Source: Candidatus Latescibacterota bacterium
Lineage (GTDB): Bacteria; Latescibacterota; UBA2968; UBA8231
NCBI GenBank assembly: GCA_965197905.1
Contig: CBDAOB010000005.1
Coordinates: forward strand, 1,280,001 to 1,344,000
Reading direction: 5' to 3'
Length of the DNA: 64,000 bases
Shown: piece after piece, positions 19,440 to 29,661 of the stretch
Position numbering within the stretch: the stretch's first letter is position 1
Layout of the letters: each line of letters begins with the position of its first letter
Program-made: the position numbers and the translations under genes
The notes under the pieces: generated by a model
What the model saw: the letters and a program-made list of their open reading frames with translations, nothing else
Told to the model about the DNA's origin: nothing
Database searches by the model: none

Positions 19440-19976
19440 CTACCAGCGCGTCAAGTTGCCCATGATCTTGTCCAGATCAGTCTGCAGACCCTTCTTTTCC
19501 GTTTCCAGCTCGCGAATACGGTTTTCGCTTTCTTCGAGCGATCCGGAAAGATTCTTCATGGCGTCTTCCAGCTCAGCTGCTTTTTCAGCCAACTTAGCGC
19601 TCTGTTCCGTTGCCTGTGAGCGTTGCTTCTGGCGTTCGTCGAGCTCCTGGCGCAAGGTGGACAGCCGGATCTCCATATCGTGAATCGTTTTGTCAGCGTC
19701 CTCCTGGACCTTCTTGCGTTCCTGGTCCAGTTCCTGCTGGATGCGATTCTGTTCTTCCTGCAGTTTTCTTTCCTGTGCCTTCAATTCCTCGTAGACAGCC
19801 GAAAGTTTTTCCTCGACGGCCTCTCGCTCCTGTGCGCTAGTATGCACCTGTTTCTCCGCCTCTTGCTTGACGGCGACTTCGATGTCGAGCATTTGGTGCA
19901 AGCGTGCAATCTCATCACGTTGTCGGGTGAGTTCAGTTTTTAATCTACCGGCAGTTAGGAAGGCGAATATTCCCAT
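19440..19976 (-). CDS. Coiled-coil protein with a short hydrophobic N-terminus
   Basis: MGIFAFL followed by about 160 aa of E/Q/K/L-rich heptad sequence; AGGGA RBS. Confidence 0.7.
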   Translation of the reverse strand: MGIFAFLTAGRLKTELTRQRDEIARLHQMLDIEVAVKQEAEKQVHTSAQEREAVEEKLSAVYEELKAQERKLQEEQNRIQQELDQERKKVQEDADKTIHDMEIRLSTLRQELDERQKQRSQATEQSAKLAEKAAELEDAMKNLSGSLEESENRIRELETEKKGLQTDLDKIMGNLTRW

Positions 19977-20053
19977 TGAGTTTCCCTCTTACGCAGCTAA
20001 CCGCACATTTCGGGGGAGTCGGGGGGAGAACCGAAGAAAACTGAGCCGGCGAC

Positions 20054-21142
20054 CTAGGAGACCTTGCCGGCTTGGCGCCACTCGGAATCGGGCATGTCAG
20101 TAGCCAGCTTCAGCGCTCCAACGGCTCCGGCGTACACCGGGTCTTCCACCGTCGACACCTTACACGGACCAAACTCGCTCAGGTTCGAACGCACCTCTTC
20201 CGCAAGGGCGCGAATCTGACTGCCGCCTCCGGCGAGCAATATGTTCTGCCGCAGATCGTGTTGGTACTCCGGATCGAACGTAACGATCAGTTCCCGGGCG
20301 CTCTCGATCAGATCGGGCATGACACTTTCGCAAGCTTCCCTCACTTCCTCGGTTACGTCGTAGGTCTTCGGTTTTCCGTTGACCTAGAAATCGACGTAGA
20401 TCACTTCTTTCTGCGAGGAAACGAAAGCGTACTGTTCCTTGATGCGGCGCGCATTTTCCAGGGTGATGGGCGAATCCTTGATCTTCTCCTGAAGCAGCAT
20501 GTGCAGGCGCGAATCTACGAAGTTGCCGGCTTTGACCAACGTCCGTTGGTCTTCCTCGCTGGGGATCGTACCGTGCATGCGACAGAGATCTAAGGTGCCC
20601 GCCCCGATGTCGATAATCAGCGCGCTATTGAACAGATCCAAGCCATACGCGACAAGAAATGGCTCAGAGGCTATGAGCACATAATCAACCAGACCGCTTA
20701 CCGCGTCGGCCAACGCTTGCCGGTCCTCGGTGGAGGCGCGGGCCGGACATCCGATGACGACCCGAAGTTCCTGATTCGGCTGGCGTTCGGCTAATTCGAG
20801 TATGAAGGTGACCAGGTGGTTGATCGCCTCCGCATCCCGGTTCAAATCCTGATCCTCGGCCTCTTCCGGCGATGCGCGATATCTAAAAACACCATTCTCC
20901 AATGGCCAGATCATGTCGACGGCCATGCGGTTCTTCAGACATTCCTCGCCGATCACTACCCGTTTTCCGAGGAACTTGTAAGATATTAGGTCCTTCGGCC
21001 AACCGACGACGCTGCTGACTGTTCGTTTGATCTGTGTGTTTGTGGCGATAGAACTCTGCGATGTGCCCAGGTCTATGCCAATGCAGAGGATATCGGATTT
21101 GGAGGACTTATCCAAAGCTCCTTCCGCCTCGGCACTTGCCAT
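20054..21142 (-). pseudogene. MamK-like actin, full length (362 codons) but with an in-frame TAG at 20384-20386
   Basis: GIDLGTS, SVVGWPKD, VIGCPARAS, SEPFLVAYG, IDIGAGT and KAGNFVD, then DF*VNGKP..ACESVMPD, NILLAGGGS and GALKLA in the same frame. This motif order matches MamK as I recall it. Confidence 0.85.
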
Positions 21143-21198
21143 ATTCAAATGCTCCCCGAAAAATACGTCAAAATCATGTGTAAATCTCTATTTCGCAC

Positions 21199-21228
21199 AA
21201 TGTAAGAGCAATACTGGAGGACTGTCAA
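21199..21228 (-). promoter_or_regulatory. Sigma-70-type promoter for the MamK-like gene
   Basis: Minus strand reads TTGACA-N18-TACATT; GGGGAG RBS 9 nt before ATG 21142. Confidence 0.6.
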
Positions 21229-21388
21229 GCAAAAGTTTCCTCAGGCATACTCACGGTGATGTGAATGGCGAAAAGGGCGAATGTGTTCACGGCATGCGGC
21301 CACTACCGAAAGAAGCAGCTGCCAACGGCTCGCAACCTCTTTCTTGCCGACAATCGAAGAGTTTATACAATTCTGTAGGGACCAGTTC

Positions 21389-24300
21389 ATGCTCTACTTG
21401 GCGATTATCACAGGGTTGGCGGCCGTTGGTTACGGTGGTGCGCAAGCCTCGTCTGTCCCCACCCATGCACCCAGCGAGATCCTGGTTCGCTTCCGTGCCC
21501 CGAGTGCCAAGATATCCGCCGCCGCCCACGACGAGGTCGAACGACTGAACCGTCTCTTCGGGCTTGTGGCGGAGGTGCCGGTGTTACCAGTTAACTCCTT
21601 GCCGGGCAGTGCGAAGACCGCTGGCGGGAGCACACTGGAGAGATGGCGGTTGTTGCGTTTTTCCCCGGGGACCGCCGCCGATTCGCTCGTGCTGTATTAT
21701 TCGATGTTGAAAACTGTCGAGCGAGTCCAGCCAAATTACCTCCGACGGTTTGCCAGTACGCCCAACGATTCACTCTTTCGGCGGCAGTGGAATCTCTCCC
21801 ACATTGGCTGGACGGAGGTCGAACCGGTCGATGCCAGCCACCTCATCGTTGCGGTCATCGATTCTGGTCTGGACTACCGTCACCCCGACATCGTTGACCA
21901 GGTGTGGACCAATGAAGGGGAAATCCCCGGTGCGCCGGGTGTCGACGACGACAGCAACGGATACGTAGATGATTTCCTCGGTTGGGATTTTACCCATGCC
22001 CCAGGATTCGCGGCACAAGGGGATTATCTAGATCGCGATGGCGATCCCATGGATGAGTCCGGACATGGAACCCACGTCGCTGGCATCATCGCCGCAACGA
22101 GCGACAACGAACTGGGAATAGCAGGTGTGGCCCATGGGGTCCGGATCATGCCGCTGCGAGCCGGCTTCAATCTGGCTGCGGGTGGCTTCCTGGAGGATGA
22201 CGACCTCGCCGCTGCCATTGTCTACGCGGCGGACAACGGCGCGGACATCCTGAACATGAGTTGGGGCGATCCTCAGTTCTCGCCGCTGATTCGCGATGTG
22301 ATTCGCTACGCCCGCAGCAGAGGCTGCGTTCTGGTGGCGGCGGCGGGCAATGATGGCGGCGATGCGGTCTTCTATCCCGCGAAGCTGGACGAGACGATTG
22401 CGGTAGCAGCCAGCGGAACAGGCGATTCCGTGCCGGCCTTCACCAACCGCGGATCAAGTATCGATGTCGCGGCGCCGGGGATCGGGATCTGGAGCCTGGC
22501 GCCTGGTGGTTCCTACGCCGAGCGGACCGGCACCTCCATGGCGGCCGCCCACATTTCCGGGATTGCGGCAGCGTTCATGGCGCAAGGTGCTGGCCTGGAC
22601 GCCGCTCAGGTAAGGGCGGCGCTCGCATTGAGCGCGCGTGACGTAGGGTCGTCCGGATGGGATGACCGCACCGGTGCCGGCATCGCCAACATCGATGCAT
22701 CTACCCCGTCGCCGCCGGTGGTGGCGATCGCTAAGCCGTCAGTTGATGATCTTCTTGTCGATCGCATCGGAATTGAGCTAACCCTTGCTGGAAGCGTAGG
22801 CAGATTGGATGTAAGCTGGCGCGCCCTCGAAGAAAGCTCGACATGGAACCGGCTTTTCGCGGGAGCGGCATCGCAGGTAAGCGCGGAAAACCTGATGTGG
22901 GATGTTTCGACCTTGCCGGAGGGCAGCTACGAAATCCGCGCGCGTGCGTTGCAGCACGATCTTCAAGACCGCGTGGAGGTCCGGGTGCAGCGTACGCCGC
23001 CGCGGATAACGCAGGTCGAGCTCACGCCTGTGTTGGACGGGCCCAAGTGGGACTATCTCTTGGAATGGGAGACGGATGAGCCGTCAGGCGGCGAGGTTGT
23101 GATCGTCGCTGACGTCGGGAGCGTGCCGGTCAGAACCTTGCCGGTACCCGCACGTTCCCGCAGCCATTCCCTGACCTTGGGTTCTGATCTGGATCGCGGG
23201 GAATACCGCGTACATCTACGTCCGCGCTCGGGACAGCTGCAAGGGGTCGAATTCGAAGCGGGCGGTTTTGCTGTCGACGCTCGTCAGTTCCCGCAGTGGA
23301 ATTCCGTTCTTCGTGGCAGGTTAGCAGACGGCTACCTCATGCCGATGTTTTCCGACTTCAACACCAACGGGGTTGCGGAACTCGTGCAAATGACGATGGG
23401 CGGGACGCCACAATACGGCCAGGCCGTGTTCCATGAACCGGGGACCGAAGGGTTTAGGGAGGTGTTTCGCAGCTCGAGGTTATTCATCCCGTGGAACACC
23501 CACGACCTCGATCGCGATGGGCTGCCCGAATTGATGGCCGTAGATGCCCAGAGGGTCAGGTTGCTGGAGCCCGAAAACGAGGGTCGATTCCCGCAACAGG
23601 TTGTCTGGGAACGACGAGACGTTTGGGGTGGCGAGGTGGGTGACCTTGATAGCGATGGCAATCAGGAGATGTTTCTCCGGTCCAGCAACGCCGACCTGAT
23701 TCATGTCTTCGAGAACCAACGAGACAATGACTTTTCCGAGATCACCGTGCTCACCAATCCCACAACGGGCACCAACGAGTTGGGAGATCGGCAGCTAGTC
23801 GGCGACTTCGACGACGACGGACGCGCGGAGTTGTTGGTGGGAGACGGGGACGGCGACCTCTTCATCTTCGAAGGTTTTGGCGACGACCGTCAGCGGATGT
23901 CGTGGCGGCGCGATCAGAGCGGTAACTCAGACGGTCGGGTGGTGGGCGGGGGAACGGATATAGATGGGGATTCGCGGGTAGAGTTTGTCGTCGCTCATCT
24001 GCTCCTGAACCCAGTGCGTCCCGACCTTCAGCGCTGGACCGTATCCGTATTCCAATCGGTGGGAGACAACGAGTTTACCCGCGAGTGGTCTGTGGAGGTA
24101 AAGGGTGGCCGGTCTAACGGTAACGGGATTGCCAGCGGCGACTTGAACGGCGATGGATTGCCGGAACTCGTTCTGGCTCTGGTGCCCGATCTCTATGTCG
24201 TCTCAGCAACGGGTGTCGACACCTATGAACCGGTGTGGCACTCCACCATTGGCAACGCTCGAAGAACTGTCATTGGAGATCTGACGGCATCCGGCGATAT

Positions 24301-25465
24301 GGCGATCGCTTACAATACCGCCAACGGCATCGAGATTCGGTCGATGGTCTCAAGCCCCGAGATCTTGTTGGCGCCGGTGGGAGTGCGTGGCTTCGCAGGC
24401 CCCGACGGGCAAATCGCCGTCTTTTGGGAGACCATCAAAGGGGCCGCGGCATATCGAGTTTTTCGTGATGGCCTCTTGCGCCAGGACAATCTGACGGGAA
24501 CGGAGTATCTCGACCAACGGACCCAGGCAGGTCGGGTTTACGAATATTCGGTGGCGGCGATCGACGAGCGGGGGATCGAGGGTGAGAGGAGTCATAAGTT
24601 CAAGATCGAGGCACGTCCGCTGGCGCAGGTAATAGCAGTCGAGCGGGTATCGGCGACGCACCTTGCAGTTCAGTTCGGCGAGTCGATGGAACCGCTCGAA
24701 GCGCACCGATTCGACCTCGATCCGGGTATTGGAAAACCCACATCGGTCACCCAGGATCGTCAAGATTCGAGGGTCGTACTCGGCTTCGAATCAGCACTGC
24801 CCGATTCCGGCACGTTTGAGCTGGTTTTGGTTGGCGTGAAGGCGGCGGACGGCACGCCATTGGCGTCATCCAGCGCTCGCTTACCTGTGCAGCTGAAGCC
24901 GTATCTCGCGGTTGTTCAGATCGTAGATGCGGTCGTGATCAACTCCCTGAGAATCGAGTTGCAATTCGACGGCGGGGTTCGGTACGACGGCGCAGACAGT
25001 ACCTTTTCCTTCGTCGGAGGTGACATCCACATACGCGATGTGGAGATGATAGCGGAGGATCGGCTGGGAATCGACCTGGACGATTTGACGCCGATACGGG
25101 CCCGAGGGGAGACCTTTCAGCTGGTCATTTCCGGGTTGCTCGACGCCAACGGCAATCTGATCAGCGAGCGCGTCCCTCTGCGCGCGACTGCCACCGATCT
25201 CGCAGACGTGATGGTGTTCCCCAATCCGTTCGTGCCCGACCGCGGCGACCTGGTTTTCGCCAACCTGACCGAATCGGCTACCATCCGCATCTACAACCTT
25301 GCCGGGCAGCTTGTCCGCACGCTCGTGGAGGACAACAAGGATGGCGGCCTCGAATGGGACGGCAGCAACGACCGCGGCAGGCCGGTGGACTCGGGAGTCT
25401 ACTACTTTACCGCGTCTTCCGGCAAGGAATCGGTCCGTGGAAAATTCGCCGTTGTCGCGGATTAG
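21389..25465 (+). CDS. Secreted S8 (subtilisin) protease with FG-GAP/VCBS repeats, FN3/Ig-like domains and a C-terminal FlgD-Ig-type domain
   Basis: Catalytic triad motifs VIDSG, HGTHVAG and GTSMAA; several GDxDxDG repeats; C-terminal VFPNPF..IYNLAGQLVRTL..WDG..SGVY. Confidence 0.9.
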   Translation: MLYLAIITGLAAVGYGGAQASSVPTHAPSEILVRFRAPSAKISAAAHDEVERLNRLFGLVAEVPVLPVNSLPGSAKTAGGSTLERWRLLRFSPGTAADSLVLYYSMLKTVERVQPNYLRRFASTPNDSLFRRQWNLSHIGWTEVEPVDASHLIVAVIDSGLDYRHPDIVDQVWTNEGEIPGAPGVDDDSNGYVDDFLGWDFTHAPGFAAQGDYLDRDGDPMDESGHGTHVAGIIAATSDNELGIAGVAHGVRIMPLRAGFNLAAGGFLEDDDLAAAIVYAADNGADILNMSWGDPQFSPLIRDVIRYARSRGCVLVAAAGNDGGDAVFYPAKLDETIAVAASGTGDSVPAFTNRGSSIDVAAPGIGIWSLAPGGSYAERTGTSMAAAHISGIAAAFMAQGAGLDAAQVRAALALSARDVGSSGWDDRTGAGIANIDASTPSPPVVAIAKPSVDDLLVDRIGIELTLAGSVGRLDVSWRALEESSTWNRLFAGAASQVSAENLMWDVSTLPEGSYEIRARALQHDLQDRVEVRVQRTPPRITQVELTPVLDGPKWDYLLEWETDEPSGGEVVIVADVGSVPVRTLPVPARSRSHSLTLGSDLDRGEYRVHLRPRSGQLQGVEFEAGGFAVDARQFPQWNSVLRGRLADGYLMPMFSDFNTNGVAELVQMTMGGTPQYGQAVFHEPGTEGFREVFRSSRLFIPWNTHDLDRDGLPELMAVDAQRVRLLEPENEGRFPQQVVWERRDVWGGEVGDLDSDGNQEMFLRSSNADLIHVFENQRDNDFSEITVLTNPTTGTNELGDRQLVGDFDDDGRAELLVGDGDGDLFIFEGFGDDRQRMSWRRDQSGNSDGRVVGGGTDIDGDSRVEFVVAHLLLNPVRPDLQRWTVSVFQSVGDNEFTREWSVEVKGGRSNGNGIASGDLNGDGLPELVLALVPDLYVVSATGVDTYEPVWHSTIGNARRTVIGDLTASGDMAIAYNTANGIEIRSMVSSPEILLAPVGVRGFAGPDGQIAVFWETIKGAAAYRVFRDGLLRQDNLTGTEYLDQRTQAGRVYEYSVAAIDERGIEGERSHKFKIEARPLAQVIAVERVSATHLAVQFGESMEPLEAHRFDLDPGIGKPTSVTQDRQDSRVVLGFESALPDSGTFELVLVGVKAADGTPLASSSARLPVQLKPYLAVVQIVDAVVINSLRIELQFDGGVRYDGADSTFSFVGGDIHIRDVEMIAEDRLGIDLDDLTPIRARGETFQLVISGLLDANGNLISERVPLRATATDLADVMVFPNPFVPDRGDLVFANLTESATIRIYNLAGQLVRTLVEDNKDGGLEWDGSNDRGRPVDSGVYYFTASSGKESVRGKFAVVAD

Positions 25466-25495
25466 CAGCACCTGACTCGAGAAAGGGAACAGAAG

Positions 25496-26506
25496 ATGAT
25501 TCGCATAGGCATTGTCGGGCTCGGCTTCATGGGGGTGACCCACTACAAGGCGATACAGAAAGTCCGGGGAGGCAAAGTGGTGGCCGTCTGCACCCGAGAC
25601 CGGCGAAAGCTGGCCGGAGACTGGCGCGGTGTACAGGGGAACTTCGGCGGTAGCGGGGGTGTGCAGAATCTAGAATCCGTCGCCCGATATCGACAGGTCG
25701 ATGCGCTTTTCGCCGATGCGAATGTGGACCTGGTGGACATCTGCTTGCCAACGCGCATGCACTACGAAGCCTGCACCGCAGCGCTTACAGCTGGCAAACA
25801 TGTGTTGGTCGAAAAACCTATCTCGCTCTCGCCGCGGCAAGCCGATAGCATGGTAAACACGGCACGAAAAAAGAGACGGCTACTGATGGTTGCCCATGTC
25901 CTCCGTTTCTTTCCCGAATTCCGGTTGCTCAAGGAGATGTTGGAGAGCCGCGAGTACGGCAAGATTCAGGCGATGCACATGAAGCGGATTATTTCCAAGC
26001 CTGACTGGCGCGATCCCAAGGAAAACGGAGGACCGGCGATCGATCTGCACATTCACGACGTCGACTTTCTGCAATACCTGCTCGGGATGCCAACCGCGGT
26101 CACGTCGTCAGGGTATCTCGATCGCGGCGGTTTGGTGGAGTACGTGCACACCCAGTACGATTACGCTGGGAAACGGATGGCAGTGAGCGCCGAAAGCGGA
26201 TGGTTGTCGCAAGCCGGCTGCCCGTTCGAACACGGCTACGATGTCTACTTCGAAGACGCGACCCTCAAGTTCAATTCGAGCTCCGGGCAGCCTCCTCTAC
26301 TACTTACGCGGGACGGCAAGACGAGGCGCCCGAGGTTGAGTTCACGGGATGGATTCGTTGCTGAACTGCAGGAAGCGGTAGATTCGGTTCAAAACCGAAA
26401 ACCGTCGCGAATCATCGGTGGTCAGAGCGCTCGAAACTCGATCGCGATCTGCCTGAAGGAAATCGAGGCGGTGCAGAAAGGCCGGAGAGTCAGGATTGGA
26501 AAATGA
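25496..26506 (+). CDS. Gfo/Idh/MocA family oxidoreductase
   Basis: IGIVGLGFMG, GKHVLVEKP and DLHIHD motifs. Confidence 0.92.
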   Translation: MIRIGIVGLGFMGVTHYKAIQKVRGGKVVAVCTRDRRKLAGDWRGVQGNFGGSGGVQNLESVARYRQVDALFADANVDLVDICLPTRMHYEACTAALTAGKHVLVEKPISLSPRQADSMVNTARKKRRLLMVAHVLRFFPEFRLLKEMLESREYGKIQAMHMKRIISKPDWRDPKENGGPAIDLHIHDVDFLQYLLGMPTAVTSSGYLDRGGLVEYVHTQYDYAGKRMAVSAESGWLSQAGCPFEHGYDVYFEDATLKFNSSSGQPPLLLTRDGKTRRPRLSSRDGFVAELQEAVDSVQNRKPSRIIGGQSARNSIAICLKEIEAVQKGRRVRIGK

Positions 26507-26511
26507 GCCGT

Positions 26512-26814
26512 TCAGGAAGGTTGCCAGGCGTTCAGCTCGGAAGCAAACTGGATATCCGCCCGCGTAACAGCTTTTGCACTGTGGGTCGTGACGGATGCAG
26601 AAACCGTTTTCGTGCCGGTGTTCAAACTGAAATCGGGATGGTGATTCATCTCGGTAATGGTTTTTACTAGATGGTTTAAGAAAGAAGTAATGTCGCGGAA
26701 ATTGCTGAAGGTGAAGTCGCGGGCGATGATCGTATCGGTCCGCGACCATCCCTCGAGTCGCTTCAATTCTTCATCAACTTCACTGGCGCTGAGTACCGTT
26801 TTGTCTTCTGCCAT
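26512..26814 (-). CDS. Pterin-4-alpha-carbinolamine dehydratase
   Basis: FTFSNF, NHHPD, TTHS and D motifs; 100 aa. Confidence 0.88.
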   Translation of the reverse strand: MAEDKTVLSASEVDEELKRLEGWSRTDTIIARDFTFSNFRDITSFLNHLVKTITEMNHHPDFSLNTGTKTVSASVTTHSAKAVTRADIQFASELNAWQPS

Positions 26815-26951
26815 GTTTTGCGTCTCCTGATCGGCGTGTGGGGTGAATTTCCCGCGAGGCTCTCTCTATGTCAATCCTGCGTTGACGCCTGCCCCACTCG
26901 CCGCTAGGTTCGGGGAGTAGGCGAGTCGACGACGCAAAGGAACGGCAAACG

Positions 26952-27203
26952 ATGAGCAGTCCAACAGATCTTTCCCAGTTGCAGAATATGGATGTGCGGG
27001 TGTCGGTGGAATGGGGGCGGACCCGCATAACGCTGGAAGAGGCGCGGACGCTTGGCCCCGAAGCGATCCTCAAGGTCGATAGCGAGGTGGACGATCCGGT
27101 GGAGGTGCGGGTCAACGGCAAGTTGATCGGGCGCGGCAAGATGGTGCTCGTGGGCGACAGTTACGGCGTACAGATGACTCAGTTCGTGGATGGCGGTACC
27201 TGA
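26952..27203 (+). CDS. fliN: FliN/SpoA family flagellar switch protein (short, orphan)
   Basis: VSVEWGRTRITL..DPVEVRVNGKLIGRGKMVLVGDSYGV. Confidence 0.8.
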   Translation: MSSPTDLSQLQNMDVRVSVEWGRTRITLEEARTLGPEAILKVDSEVDDPVEVRVNGKLIGRGKMVLVGDSYGVQMTQFVDGGT

Positions 27204-27231
27204 AGTGAGAGTGAACAATCCTTTGGTTGCC

Positions 27232-27275
27232 ACGAAAAATGGGGCGAGGGATTCAACCCTCGCCCCACTTTTCGT
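27232..27275. terminator. Bidirectional intrinsic terminator between fliN and groEL
   Basis: GGGGCGAGGG / ATTCAA loop / CCCTCGCCCC stem (27241-27266), flanked by A and T tracts. Confidence 0.85.
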
Positions 27276-27296
27276 ATCCGGCAAAACTACTGGTTC

Positions 27297-28940
<1,644 letters not shown>

Positions 28941-29237
28941 TTAACCTACGATGGCGAGAACATCTTCCTCGCGCATTATGAGGAACTCTTCACCTTCGAT
29001 CTTGACCTCGGTGCCAGAATACTTGCCGATAAGAACCTTGTCGCCTTTCTTCAGTTCGGGCGTAACGCGCGAGCCGCCATCCAGTTTTCCGGGACCGACG
29101 GCCACGACCTCGGCCTCCTGGGGTTTTTCTTTGGCGGTATCGGGAATGATAATGCCCCCAACCTTCTGCTCATCATCGTCATCTAGACGCTTGACCAGGA
29201 TGCGGTCCGCGAGTGGTTTGATCTTTGGTTTGGCCAT
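28941..29237 (-). CDS. groS: Co-chaperonin GroES
   Basis: [30 protein letters not shown] and KYSGTEV motifs; GAGGAG RBS before ATG 29237. Confidence 0.97.
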   Translation of the reverse strand: MAKPKIKPLADRILVKRLDDDDEQKVGGIIIPDTAKEKPQEAEVVAVGPGKLDGGSRVTPELKKGDKVLIGKYSGTEVKIEGEEFLIMREEDVLAIVG

Positions 29238-29297
29238 GGGATTGTCTCCTCGTGTGGGGTAAAAGAAACTCCTTACGATGGTGTAGCTACTCAGTTG

Positions 29298-29312
29298 GCA
29301 ATTCCCGTGCCA
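29298..29312 (-). promoter_or_regulatory. Sigma-54 promoter of groES-groEL
   Basis: Minus strand TGGCACGGGAATTGC matches TGGCACG-N4-TTGC exactly. Confidence 0.8.
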
Positions 29313-29330
29313 ATAGCAACAGAAAAAGAG

Positions 29331-29343
29331 TAAACCATTGATA
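29331..29343 (-). promoter_or_regulatory. IHF binding site
   Basis: Minus strand TATCAATGGTTTA matches WATCAANNNNTTR; it lies between the sigma-54 site and the upstream repeats. Confidence 0.65.
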
Positions 29344-29393
29344 AATAACATCTTAAGAGATTGTGCCCCGCTGCCGTGCGAATCCTTCAAGTG

Positions 29394-29524
29394 GCCAATA
29401 TTCCCAAAATGGGAATATTGGCGCAGGAAGTCCGCGCCGCGAAATTCATAGTCTATTAATTTTAATAGCTTTAAGATCATTTCCCGAATCGGGAATCTAT
29501 CTCCGGGCATTCTCAAAACGGGAA
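29394..29524. promoter_or_regulatory. Three TTC(C/T)C-N5-GGGAA palindromes, candidate enhancer sites
   Basis: Copies at 29401-29415 (inside a perfect 13-bp inverted repeat, 29394-29422), 29481-29495 and 29510-29524. Confidence 0.7.
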
Positions 29525-29661
29525 TCTGGTCCTCCCATTGGTGAAATGGAGACATTTTGCCGTCGGCCATAGGGATGGCTATCTTTTTGTCCGTCATTGG
29601 CAGATTGGTCTGAATTGTTCAAGGCCCTGCAACATCTCATTTCGATACAGGAAATCCCACA

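Noticed and set aside
20054..21148. Genome-wide TAG recoding, or proof of magnetotaxis
   Set aside because: Many genes here end properly at TAG, and no other magnetosome genes are visible in the window.
29238..29597. 120-aa N-terminal extension of GroES in the ORF track
   Set aside because: It runs through the promoter and enhancer region. The real start is ATG 29237, which has a good RBS.
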